From NCBI GenBank assembly GCA_002256025.1, contig NKIB01012676.1, forward strand, positions 1 to 64,000: a stretch of DNA of 64,000 nucleotides, given 5' to 3'. A program made the translations under genes and the position numbers. Of the stretch, positions 23,449 through 36,526 are shown in pieces. The DNA comes from Asterionella formosa. Its lineage: Eukaryota. Under the pieces are notes generated by a model, which saw nothing but the letters and a program-made list of their open reading frames with translations, made no database searches and was not told the origin of the DNA. Each line of letters opens with the position of its first letter. Position 1 is the stretch's first letter.

Positions 23449-25000
23449 CAATTGCCTCTCGGTTTTCTAGCCCTGGGATTGCCGAAATCGGCAAGGGGTC
23501 TACTTAAGGAAACCATTTTATATACTATACAGATTCTAATAATTTATATCTAGAATTTACCTCGTTTTTGTTCGTCTCCTGAAAAGTGGACTCCGGCAAT
23601 TCACCTTCCACCATGCCAATCGTCGTCCATCATGACCGGTTTGAAGCGAAATCAGTTCCGCGATGACGCCAGTAGCGATTCTTTGCCTAACGGATGCGGT
23701 TGATTGTTGGATTGCTTGTCTTCTCGAGGTATTCATGTAGTCGCATCGTCCCTAAAAACAACCATGCATGCTTTAACGCTTACTTTGAACACGTTATAAT
23801 ATTATCTCTGTAGACTCGGTATTATTTTTACGAGACCTGAAATGTTGAATTATATCGTTCACATATTCATTGATTTTACATACCGTATGCCCGATTTCGT
23901 CCTCACAAATATAGTTCTCACTCTATCTTGCCTGCCTTTGCTCTATTCGGGCTTGCAATAGGCAACGTTCGTCTTTCTTTTATCCCATCGTCTGCTGCTT
24001 GTTATGCTAGTTGAAGCGGATCGGTGAGTACAACAGTGAAATACTGAATGTGGATTGTAGATCGTATTTATCAACTTTCCCATTTGATTGCTTCCGTGGT
24101 TTGTTTTGATCGCTTCCATCGTTGTTTGTCGTTACGCACTGTCGTTTTGTTTCGATTGTACATATCTACATAAGAACCAATTCATTTATCAATGACTACT
24201 CATTGAAGATGTGGTATTGTGCCGTTGTTGATCGTATTTGTTGATTTGTATAGTCGTTGACAATGATGTCAATATTGCCGCCAAGCAATGCTTTTCTTGT
24301 ACTAACGCGCTTTGCTACATTTCTACTACGAGTTCGTATCAGAAGCTACATGAATACTCAGCTAGAGAGAGTCAATAGTGCTGGAGCAGCGTGGCGATCA
24401 CGCTTGCTCAGAATGGAATGATCAGGGTTGCTTGTTTGGTGGGCGGCAGAGAGGAATGACTGTGGCGGAAATACTGCTACTGCTGTCAGGCTACTACAGC
24501 GATGCGCATTTACGCTACATATCGATGCAGGTCTACATTGGGTTCAGCTTTTTTTCTTCTTCTTTTGGTCTTCGATTGTGTGGTGATGGAAAGTCAAGCA
24601 ATGTTGCCTGGTGTGTAAGTACTACAATGATTCACAATGCATACGTCTCCATTGGAAGTCTTATTTTTTATTTCATTTCTAACCCAAAACAATTTTTTCT
24701 ATTTCTCATTTGATGCTACTTATTACATCGCATTTCATACTTTGGTTGCTCCAAACATCATGTTCAATTTTCATTGATGTTGCATGTTACAATCATTCTC
24801 GTGTGTTTTACGCTTGTTGTACCATCTCTATGCATATTAACGTTATTCTGGTTGTCATGCTAAAATCGGCAATTTTATTGCCGAAAAATTCGATGTGCCC
24901 CATATTGCCCTTAAATAAAAATTACTTAAGAAATTACTTAGAGACTAAAAATTACTTAGAAGTACCCGAATGGCAAGACGATAGCTGGAGCGGGAATTGC
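23449..25000. mobile_element. Dispersed ~1.55 kb non-autonomous element, copy B (complete)
   Basis: The left end caattgcctctcggttttctagccctgggattgccgaaatcggcaagggg is shared with 38327, and the right end ...gcgggaattgc is shared with 1440 and 40083. Imperfect inverted termini. Confidence 0.8.
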
Positions 25001-28000
25001 TTATAGTTTGCATTTGACAAAAAAATATATACTATGCATTTATCATACATATAACAGAATAAGTATCATGCACCGAAAAATCTGTGCCACTTGCGATGAT
25101 ATCCTTGATCTTATAGTGATGATATTTCTTATTTGCACATGATGCCTTCCACTGACTATACCTGAACTTAGATTTGTGTACTTGTTACCCTCCGCCCTGC
25201 ATTCCTGGAATTTTTTTTGTGAAGGGGCGGGATTCTGCTCTTGGCTGTGTTGATTTCCGCCTTGTTTCCTTTGAGTCGAAGTGCAGGGGAAAATTTTCTT
25301 TACATAATTTTGCTGTCCTGTTTTTGCGAATACCTGTTATGAAATTCCTCGTTTCGTTCATCGTGTCAAGTATCCAGAAAGGTAAATCACCCCAGCTGTC
25401 CATTCATTGGCCATTTCTATGCTCTTCGCTTCAGAATCTTCTAGTAGCTCCAAACCCCATCTATTTGACAGATATCCCTGTGCGTGAGGAGTATACTTTC
25501 TTGCTTGCTTTGATGTTGCAGTGCTGGCTGAATTTGAGTTTTCCCGCATTCTGGTTCAATACCATTGTGTTATGCATTAATTTTTTTTGAAATAGACAAT
25601 TAGCTATTGGTGTGATATTTGTGGTGCGTATTCAGAAAATTTTGCGCCAGCTGGTCCGCCGGAATATTCACTACTGCTACTTTAGAGAACTGCTGGTCCT
25701 GGTTCTTATTGATAGCCTGCTGATTGTCCCACTCTTTTTCTGTTTCAATGCGAAGATTGGTGATCTGCGATGTCAGGAATGACACGATATCTGCATTTTG
25801 GTGAGCGTCCTAGTGGGCCTAAGGCCCTTGATATCTTATTGATTCCCCATATCAAACCTTAAGGGTTATGTTGGTCCTGAGTTAAATGTAAGGACTGCGG
25901 CAGATGCTATCGCAAACCGTACTGATCTAGTTGAGCTGTTTCCTTCTGTCTCATTGTCCACTGGTCCTCCTGCACAATAAAATCCATTTTCGGAATCTGT
26001 TTGATACCCCCTGTACGCAATGTGAGAGTCTAACCAAATGATGCTACTCTGACTTTCAGGGATCCATCCAGCCATGTCTCCAAATTCGTGGTAAATACAG
26101 AGAAAGATTTCGGTTTAGCCGGGATGCTTTGGGCGGAATTTTTTTCAAGTGGTATAGAAAACGATTCTTGAAAGAAAGAATGGCGCCGATGTGTGACTTA
26201 AAATTACAAAAAATTATGGGTCGGTGGAAACTACTGGTGCTGTTGCCGGCACTGGAACGATACTCTCACTGCGTGATCTCCCTCACTGCGTGATGGAAAG
26301 AATAAGCACTATTCCAGAAAGAAAGGTTTCTTTTCCCTATTTTCATATGAGGTTTCACCATAAAGCATTGAAGCCAAGACTTAAATTATTGATTCTCCAC
26401 ATAGTTCCGCTACAAGTTCAATTAATATTCTATTTTAATGCAGAATTCATTTGTAATATGCTTTTATATTTCACGAAAAGAAACTGTCGTGTTTGAGGAC
26501 TCAATGATCAAAATTCAATAATTGTGCACGCAATTAAATAATTTATTGCTATTTTTGGAATGCAAGGTTAAATACATTTTTATCAAGAGATGTTACTTTG
26601 AAACTGAAATGATTGATGACAGCAACATTCATATTTTGTCTATCACCATTAATAACGCAATAAGTTCTGCATACCACATCGATTTAGTCTAGTACAACAT
26701 AGTATGCCAAAGAACTTACTATTTGCCAGCGAATAGCTGCCTTATGAAAAAATGAGTGAAAATTTTCTGTTTCATCAACTGACACATTGTGCTTTGCGTC
26801 AGAATATGGAATGATATGGTAGATTAATTTACTATTTTTTTGTTATGCGAGAAAAGCAGCGATGACTCACCTTGATGTACTACATTCATTCTACAATTCA
26901 ACATACCTTATATGAACAGGAGTGTTTATTTTGATAACAGGTGTAAGTTGTGCTCCTGGTCTGACTGATACTGTGTGACTGTCAAATAACAGGGCTACGC
27001 GGAACGGTTCAATGGTGTGTGAGTGTATGTGGTCTTGCGGCTTCATCTAGCAATATCAAATGAATTTTTGACACAATTTTGCTATGCAGAACTTTGGAGA
27101 TCATTGAAGAAGCCACTTCGATAAGAAGGAAGCAAGTATGGTATATTCCTATTCTTGCAGTGTCCCACAATGCATATTTCAATGCATACCATGATTTTTT
27201 CTCGTGTATTGTGTGAAATAATTGAATTGGTCAACCATGTTTATAGTCCTTTTCAAAATAAATGCGAACACAGCTTTTAAATTAGAAAAAACTTTCGAAA
27301 ATAATTTGAACAAAGTTTGAAAAATTACTTGATCGAAAATTAAAAAATGCGTTAAAAAAAGTTCAAATTCACTTGAACAAATTTTTAAAAATTCGCTAAC
27401 AAAACAGCAACTTATAGTATCTTAATTTTTTTGGCAGATCATTACTGGTATTTTTCTAGATTCATCGTCATTGCGCTGGCTCCAATGCCTTACTTACCTA
27501 CATCTTGTTTACCAGGATTTGAAACCTTTACTAGGGTACAGGAAGAATTTTTTCCAAACAGCCACCCCACTTGAACTAAATCTAGAGTCTTTAGGTAAAA
27601 TTCTTCCACCTAAAACTTTGTAGCATTGAGAAATGGTAGAACCTGTTATTTGAGTCTGTTGATTGAAAGATAAGATTGAATGTGAAAATCCTATTTCTTG
27701 AAATTTTCTAGTACCTGTCCACTTAGAGATTGAATAGAGATATAATCAGCTGCTATATCCAATTGAAATAAATGAATCACTTGATCATAGGGAAGAAGTT
27801 TTTTAGAAGGATATCGTTCATGTTTTCGAGAAATTGACTTTTGCCCTGACCTTTACTTTCCACCGTAGCAAAGGTAGACCGATTGTTGCTTCCTAAGTTT
27901 TTAGGCTTGCGACTCTGTGAAAAAAATTCGGTTCATATCCACTGGAGATGCGACTTGAGGAAGAGGAATTATAGTACCATAATCTCTGTTTCCATGCTCC

Positions 28001-30439
28001 AATGCATCTCAATGTCAATCTTCATTTTTGGTGCGTTGTGTTGCGCCAGAGGCTTCGACCATAGTAATCCTAGTTTTGTTTTTCTGGTATGGTTTATATC
28101 GTTTCCATTTACCACTGGCGTGTTTCATGCCTGACTTTTGGTTGGATTCCCTTCGGACTTACGACCATTGCGTTCTCTAGATTCTCTATCTCCATTGCTG
28201 ATTTTCTGGAATTTTTGTTTGACGATTACCTCCCTCCTTGTCCCTTGAGGCTTGCAATCATGTCGTCCGTATCAGTATCGACTTGACTATTGCTGTATAA
28301 GTCTGCTGTTTTCTTTTTCGCTGTAGGGACCAACTGGACTGAGGATAAACTGTAAACATATAAGGCTATCCAAGCTTGTCTCCTGATCTGCCTGGTGATA
28401 TTTTTACTCATACCTTCTCGTTATCTGATGAATGGCTGTCCTTCTAACGAGGATATATCATCATCTGGTGGTGTATCAGAATATGGTCTTGTTGGACGTT
28501 TCTTTGCTCTCTTCTGTGTCTTTACATCTGTCACAGCTTGCCAGACTCCACTGTGAGTATGGCTTAGTTGTATCATACCCATCCGTTGCGTCACTTTACG
28601 TGGTTGTGAGTAGAAGATCTGAGGATTAGGTGACTTGTTCAAGGATTTCGAGGATTCAGAGCCTTCCAAAGAAGTGCACTCCGCCCATTCTTCCGTCGTT
28701 TTATTCTCCTACTAGGAGGTCTTGCTACTTTTCTAAATCAACGCCAACTTTATCCAAAGCCTGGCTTATTTTCTCAATTTTTTGTTCAGAGGTACTAATT
28801 TAGCTTCATTAACACTGGCTTGGGTAGTCGTTGGTGCTGAACTTGAGATCAAATTTTACTTTCATGTTGAGTTGCTGTCACTAGGTCGTACCCTATGAAT
28901 TTGTCGCTCCATTGTGAGATTTAATTTGGCTAATTGTTTATCTGTTGAATCAATTTGTGTATTCAACTTGTTTTGCAGATTCTCTAGTAGCTAGGTCTGT
29001 CAGCTCCAATATTTCCATTGTGAGTGGAGCCGAGATTTCAGTTGCTGAACCTGCAACGAAGCTGCAGCGCTTAACTGACGGGTTTCTATCTCATCATCTT
29101 GGCCATGACTCTTGGGAAAATTTTACCCATTGCAAATTCATTAGCAATTTTCTTGAATCTTTTCAAGAGTGCATTCAATTGCATTTTACCCTCTCCTAAG
29201 CGTGCTCCTCATATTTGTACCTATGTCATCGAGTGCGGTGAAAGTGTAATTCATTAAAATTCTTGAAGGACTAACTCATTGAATTCGCTGGCTTGTTTTA
29301 GTGGTGCTGGCAACTCATTGAAAGTTTTATAAATTCTGATTGCATTTTCCTGATGAAAGACAAAATGTTTTTATCTCTCCCTTGAGAATAAGATTAGAAT
29401 CTACATCCACAACTCCTGACATCAGTTTGGTTCTTAGCATGGTTATCAGCCATTTTTGTTGAATAAAACATTGATTGACTCCTTCCACAACCTGGACTGC
29501 CGTAATATTTTTTACCGGATACCCTTCAAACAATCCAGCTGTATAGCTGGATCTGATGGGTCAAATTTGTGTCAGGGCTTGATAGGTTGCCTGCAACTTT
29601 TCACTGCTTGCACTAAGTGCATATGCATATGTGTTGTTTCTAAACATATTACCCCTCCTGAGAAATTGGAAATCTAGTGTGTCTGATTTTTCTTGCCCAA
29701 TCAGGAGACTTTTGTACCTTCTGCTGATACATCATCAAGGCTACTATTTTCGAAAGGCCAATCCAGCTGCAGTTCATCAAGACTCAGTTTTTTTCAAAAT
29801 ACATTCATAGTATTTAGGTAAATAAATGTTTCTTCCTTTATTTTGGAAGGATGATAGTGACTTAAAATGGAGACATGAATTAAATTGGAGACATGCATCA
29901 ATGTATGTTTTCTATATTGCTTTTTCAGCCACTTTTAGAAAAGATTTTCTGCTCGTCTTTGGGGAGTAGATGACCTCCATTGCTTGGGTAATTTTCTCCC
30001 ATCACCTTTTCCAGTGGAATTCAATGAGTGACTGGCTGCCTTCTTTAACTATCGACTCATGGAGTATATCGAGCTTTTGTATGAATAATTCCAGGTGCAG
30101 CTTGAAGTCTGATTTTCCCAGAATTACGCCCCTGACGTAACATTTTGAAGAGGGCGGTGAACGCAAGATCTCCATGAGATCCTTTCTTGCTTCACCTTGG
30201 TCTGATTGCAGGCATGTGCACATCATTTATAATCGCCCCTAATTCTTTGGGAGTTTAAGAAATATGGTGCAAAACAAGTTCTTGCATTGGCAATCTACCA
30301 GAAATGAGCAATGAGATTTTCAAAAATGATATCAATTGCTATATTCACTGTACCTGAATGGATACTAACATTCAGTTCTTTTTCGTTCCATGGAGCCTCT
30401 ATGAATTAGCAGATTATTTACATTAAAAACCCAACTTGT

Positions 30440-31819
30440 TCAGTTTCTAATTCGTTCACTTAAACTCCCACAGCCACCACCATCTCCATGTCGCACTCGC
30501 TTCTTGGGCCTGAGATCAAACTCAGTAGTTTCATCTTCATCACACTCCTCTTCCTCCTCATCTTCAATGTTGCTATCATCACTACTACTCTCAGCGCCAC
30601 CCTTTCTCACCTTGTCCCGTGGATGCCAGATAAAACCAATCCTATCAAGAGCCGCAATCCTCTCCTGTGTAATATGACATGGCTTACCCCGCTTGTACTC
30701 ACGATGTTGCCTTCGTTGATGATGCACCCATGTTCCCAATCGTGGATTGGTCGAATAATGTGTTGGCACCATGGAATGTCCATTCTTAACCTTGAACTGC
30801 TTCAACTCTCGGAGTCGTTCCCCCCACACAGCTTCTTGGGTGTCCCAACAAAATCCCAAACCACTGAGTTCCACGTAGCGAGAGTCCGTCATATGCGAGG
30901 GCTGGCCTCTCTTGAGAAAATTGAAATGACGCCGTTGTTCCTTGACCCACAATCCCAGTTTGGGATAGTTTGGATGATTGACAGGAACAAGACAGTCTCC
31001 GTTCTCTTCTTTGAAGGCCTTCAAGTCAGCCATGTGCTTTTCCCACATAGCTTCTTGAGCATTCCATGCAAAGTCCACTTGTTCGAGTAAAGCAATTCGT
31101 TCTGCTGTAATGCTGGAATTCCTCCCATCGAGGCGAAGTTTGTATTGCTTACGTTGTTCAGCAACCCAAACAGCCAAGCGCGGATTAAAGACGAATCCAC
31201 GGGGAACAATGCAATTACCGTATTCATGCTTGTACTTCTTCAAGTCATTGTAGGATTCCATCCACTTGGCATTTCGAGAACTTGGCTTGTTTTCGAGAGC
31301 CTTATTTCCCTGTCGTTGCTTTGTCGTGCTGCCAGCCTTGTTCGACACAGCGTCGCTGTTGCCAGAAGGATCTGACATGGAGACTTCTTCCTTGATGGCT
31401 ACTTCGAACTCTGTAGGGCAGATGACCGGTAGCTTCTTCTCTTGCGAGAATGGAGTAGCCGAAACGGGGAAACGATTTGCTAAAGGGGCTGAAGCCATTG
31501 TCACCAGGGCGGAAGGAATGTGATTGCTTGGGATCACAAGCTGCTGTCGTTGCTGTTGCTGCATCTGCTGCATGTGCATCTGCTGAAACAAGGCCTGACT
31601 GCTGGGCTGCTGCATGATTCGCTGCCGCTGCAAGAACATCATTTGTGTTTCCAAGAGGGACGCCGGATATGTAGCAGCAGCGTACGCAATGCTGTGCTGT
31701 TGTTGCTGAATCATTTGCATTTGAGGATTGAATACCCCATTGTGAGACCCTCCTGCGATGAGGGCTCGTTGCTGAGCCAAGAGCTGCTGTTCGTACAGGG
31801 AGGGGAAGGTATTGTTCAT
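30440..31819 (-). CDS. HA-domain protein, copy 3 (459 aa from MNNTFPSLYEQ)
   Basis: Intact ORF with the same architecture as copies 1 and 2 and a more divergent N-terminus. Confidence 0.9.
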   Translation of the reverse strand: MNNTFPSLYEQQLLAQQRALIAGGSHNGVFNPQMQMIQQQQHSIAYAAATYPASLLETQMMFLQRQRIMQQPSSQALFQQMHMQQMQQQQRQQLVIPSNHIPSALVTMASAPLANRFPVSATPFSQEKKLPVICPTEFEVAIKEEVSMSDPSGNSDAVSNKAGSTTKQRQGNKALENKPSSRNAKWMESYNDLKKYKHEYGNCIVPRGFVFNPRLAVWVAEQRKQYKLRLDGRNSSITAERIALLEQVDFAWNAQEAMWEKHMADLKAFKEENGDCLVPVNHPNYPKLGLWVKEQRRHFNFLKRGQPSHMTDSRYVELSGLGFCWDTQEAVWGERLRELKQFKVKNGHSMVPTHYSTNPRLGTWVHHQRRQHREYKRGKPCHITQERIAALDRIGFIWHPRDKVRKGGAESSSDDSNIEDEEEEECDEDETTEFDLRPKKRVRHGDGGGCGSLSERIRN

Positions 31820-32860
31820 CTTGGCTCTAAGGTTATGGCCAGTCGCACTCCTTGTTGCTTCATAAAAATTGAAAAATAGAATTAGAAACAGTGTGTTGTG
31901 ATATCGCGTTCTCCCATAGTCGTGGTTAAACCATTCTGTGGTCCTTCTTTGATAGTAATACCCGTATATTTCGATCCTTATTGTTGCTTCGGATAAATAT
32001 ATACATTTATATGTATATATTTCGGGATCAAATATCAATAATGATGATAAAAGGATATCATGAGGTTGCCTTATTTCAGGGCATTTAAGTTGGGAACTGC
32101 CAACTCTTTCATCATACTTGTGGACGAACATTTCTACGTACGAAATATCAATACTGCTCGACGACAATTTCCTTTTGTCGACGTGAATTCCTACTTTGCT
32201 ACGAACATATCGCTCGGAGTATGTGATTACACCATTCCTCCTAGAATCGGCATATTTTGGGGACCTTCCTTCTCATTCGAAAATGATGGCATCCATTCCT
32301 GTCGGAATTGTCTATTGCCCCTACTTCGTCGCTATGTACAGCTCGGTACGACGGGAAAATCAGTTCTATCCTGGTCTATCGTGGTCCACAGAACTCGCTG
32401 TTTTTTTCAGAAATCTTGAGAAATTCTACGAACTAGTCACGTGTTCGATAGCGAAGTTCGCGTACCGCTTCTGAAAAAGACGCGTTCTTTGGAGAAGTTC
32501 GCATACCGGTACCGGTACCGGTACTAATGGAAAATTCTTGAAAACCACACGCGACTAGATTTTTATTTAAAAACGAGGTCGAGCTCCGACATGGCATTAA
32601 ATAACCAGGGGCAATATACCGGCACATTGTCATTACTTTCATTTCATCGCAACCAGTGTGTTAAATAACTATTTGACCGTTAAGTTTCTGCATGTGAACC
32701 ATTTTATATATTTTATTATTAAAATCAAAGACGTCCTTTCCACGTTAAAAAATATGTGTACCGGTACCGGTTACTGCTACGGTATTGCTGTTCGGAGCGT
32801 TCACCAGCATTCGACAGCTTTTCTATATGATTTGGGTTATGCTTCTCCTAGCGTGTTCCT

Positions 32861-33022
32861 GTACTGCCCTGGAATGACCGGTCAAAATCTTTCTCGCGCC
32901 GCTCGTATGCATATTATTCTGCTATATAAATACTGTCTTTTTCCATTTAGACATTCCTCAGACTATATCTAGTCGTCGGAGACCTGTCGACATCAACAGC
33001 CTAACAGACAGCACATTCTGAC
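32861..33022 (+). repeat. Dispersed repeat, possibly an LTR fragment; inverted partner at 62303-62462
   Basis: tctttctcgcgccgctcgt...tattattctgcta...tttagacattcctcag...catcaacagcctaacagaca is the reverse complement of the 62.3 kb segment. Contains a TATA-like ctatataaata. Confidence 0.75.
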
Positions 33023-33108
33023 AAAGATTACCAGTGAATGCAATCATTAGTGAAAGTATGTGTATATCTCTCTCCTCTGTATATATGCACTGTCAGGATA
33101 TAAACTAG

Positions 33109-33245
33109 TACAGTGGAACCTCCCTATAGGATATACCCTCTAGATAAGATACACTTTTTTCAATGAAGCAGCCCCAATTTGGAAATCCTTGTAAGGGACT
33201 CTCTCTATAAGATATACCCTCTGTTAGATACACTTGGATACGCTT
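33109..33245. mobile_element. Probable Tc1/pogo-type terminal sequence (TA|CAGTGGAACCTC...) with internal repeats
   Basis: tacagtggaacctccctataggatataccctct, with ataagatataccctct repeated ~75 bp downstream. The partner end was not found. Confidence 0.45.
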
Positions 33246-35399
33246 TTTCTAAAAAATTGATTAATCTGACCTCTGTATTCCATTGAACGCCTTTGATCCT
33301 AATCATACAACCAAAATAACAAAACAAGATCAAGTATCGATTCATGTTGCTTGCTGTAGTATACATAACTTTTTATTTCGCTGATTCTGGCTGGTGGTAG
33401 AACAGGGAATGATAGAATGTGTGAGCCAAATAGTTGGACTATACATTCGCTCATCATTCCCCCTTAATTGTGCATAGCTTCTTACATTCTCGAAAATCCA
33501 TTTGACATTTTTTCTGCAAGCGATATGATGGGCAAGTACATTTGAATGATTCGAACATGAATGACTGCAGATCAATATGATCAAGATTTATTTTTGGCTT
33601 CCCTAGTCACCAACTTGATTGTTCTTTTTGTTTCAGTTGTCTGTAGTAGACGATGGAAGCCAGAAGTCAAAACTTGTATCATTGAACTATTCATTTATAC
33701 AAGCACATGTATAAATCAATACAACTATGATTTCTTTACTCACATAGTATGTTTGTGAAACAAATTGCTGACTATACATTCAGCACGACTCTTTCTGTTA
33801 GCATGAGTTTTCATCTCGAGAAGTCAAGTATAATTGTTCCTGAAAGCGATAAGAATTGATGGGCAAGTTAAGTCAGTTTGAATGATTCGACCTTTTCTGA
33901 CTGCACATTGACAGCAACATTTAAATTTTGACTTACCTTGTCCTCAGGTTGATTGTTCTTGTTGTTCCATTTATCTGTAGTAGACACTGATGCATGCTAT
34001 TCTATATTGGTATTTACCGCTATATAGCATTACATACATCAAATTAAGTATTTTGACATAATGATAGATGATAATAACATCTTATTATTATAAAATTGTT
34101 AAGTAATAAATTTTAAAAATATTAGCAAGAACCTTTTAAAATATTTGCATCAATTTGATCTTATAAATGTGATGAAACTATCATAGAGGACCCGAAATCT
34201 ATTCATGAAAACTGCACCAGGCCTTGAAAGTGGGATCCTTATGCTAAGCAACCGTAGATGATTTCCTGTCGATAAATTCTGGCCTTGACAGTGAAATGAG
34301 AGTAGAAATACGACCTCTTCGCTGATTCAGAACCAATTTGATGCCTTGCCCTGCCTCTTCTTAGCAACATCATTCAAGGCCGATTTCTTTTCTTCATCAT
34401 CTGAGCTATCCTCAGAAAACAAGTTTATCACCTCATTGACAACGACATCATAGACAATATCATAACAAGGACCCTCAGTAAAATCATCCCTTTGGGAGAA
34501 CATACCGAAAAAGCTCCTCTGATTGAAATGAGTTCTTTGACCAAGAAGAATCATAATGAAGACACTAGCGATGAAGAGTATTTGGTGAGTGAATTCTCAC
34601 ACGTTTCTACCTCTTCATCCAATGATGGCAAAACCATTGTCAGCAGTGGTGGTACACAGAGAATTAGAGAATCCTTCCTCACGCATTTCAATGCTGTACC
34701 TTTTGGTTTTTTTAATGAAAACGTGGCTGCAGGAGTCACAAATCGAAATACGATAACCGGAACAATGACTGCAACAAGGAATGAAAAGGCGGCAGTAGCA
34801 GGAACAACTCCAGGCAATGCGCAAACCGGAGCCCCCACTGCAACAAGGAATGAAAAGGCAGCCGCAGGAACAACTCGAAATGAGGAAAGACTTGTATTCT
34901 TGTCCAAGGTCATTTGTAGATAGGGCAAACCCAAAGGTAGGAATTCCATGTGGGCTGCTTACATCTCTGTAGTCCATTTTAAATGTAACTATTGATCCAA
35001 TATTTGCCTTTTACTTTGACTGCATACTATGTCTGACTTTCATGTATTTGCTTTGATCTTTCTTTAGTTGTGCTCTAACATATTGTGCAAGTTTTTGTCT
35101 GCATTTTTTTGATTTCATGGGAGTTTCTTTAACTGCTCTTTCCATAGCATGTCTTGCACATCTGTTCTCATTCTCACGAAGTAATTTCCTTGCTACTACC
35201 ATTTCAATTAGCATCGGTTCATCAGTATCCACTTGCTTAGTATTCACTTGCTGTGTTGAAACAGTATCATGTAGGTCATTTGGTAAGATCGATTCAGTAT
35301 TGAATTGATTGACCATTTCCTTGAACATTGTTACAACAAAGGAGCAATAATTATGTGGAGAAATAGCTGATATATTTACAATTTCAGGTTCAAAAATCT

Positions 35400-35870
35400 A
35401 ACCCAGGACAAGGCAAGCAATCAGGCCACAATTATACCCATCTTTTTAATGTACAATGATTGACTTTGAAATGAATTAGCTATCCTCATCTGTAACCAGT
35501 TCAAATTCTGTTTTACCATTGGAATGGAAAATTGGCAAAGAGTTCCTTCCAATTAGTTTTGTTTGTTTCAGCACATTGGTGATATGGTGTATCCACTTGT
35601 TAAGAGCTAGATTGAGGCCATCATAAATTCTTATGACATTGGATTCAAAGTTGCTCTCCATCACTGCAAAGTGATTATTGCCATGAAAAACGCTTACAAC
35701 CCTTTTTATATTGACCTTCAATTTCTTGCACATTTGCGATTCTAGTTTTCCATTAGTAACAGACAATGAAAAAGTTGAATGGAACTAACATGGTTCTTTT
35801 GAGCAATCAGTACTGCAAAAACTTGATATAAAATCAGTTTCATACCAAGCTTTGGTAATCTCACAAAATT
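35400..35870 (-). pseudogene. Ulp1/C48-like cysteine protease relic, probably transposon-borne
   Basis: RVVSVFHGNNHFAVM...IRIYDGLN (His/Asp region) followed, after a frame break, by KDGYNCGLIACL (Q..G.DCG-type Cys motif). Confidence 0.6.
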
Positions 35871-36526
35871 TAGAGTAGCATTAGGAGGGCGAAGTCAAAG
35901 ACATGACGATTAATGCACTTTGCCAAGAAAATATTGTGGGACTTAGAATACACTTGTTTTAAAACCAAGACGAGATTACACATTCCAGACAAGAGGTTGT
36001 AAATCAAGGACTATGTTATTGGGATACAGATATGGATATGACGCAATCTGGTGTCCATAAACATGTAGAATTTCAGGTCTTGACTGAACTGTTGCATGTT
36101 CATAATGAATGATAGCCTGTGTTTAGATATGCGATAATTGAGATTTGAGTTTATTTAACATTCTGTGAGTCAGTCAATTACAGCGAGCTACAAACACAAT
36201 TGTTAGCAAGAGAATCAATCCTATAGAAGTAAAATGATGTCATGATGGAATGGCACTTAAGATCATGCTGTGTCACTCAGAGTGGTTGTCTTATCATCTT
36301 CAATGTTGGTCTGGGCTACTGTTTCCATTGCTGTATCCACCTTGTAGGGTATCGTGGCGCTCCTGCTTCCATCTTTGCTGCCGCCTATGGGGTCCACCAT
36401 TCTGATTGGTGAAGACAATCTTTGTTTGGCAGATGATTAATCTTTGGGAAACGAAGATTGGTTCAATATCAGGGAGGCATGGGAAACTCAGTACTTCCTC
36501 ATTACGTGGAAAATTCCTCATATGTA

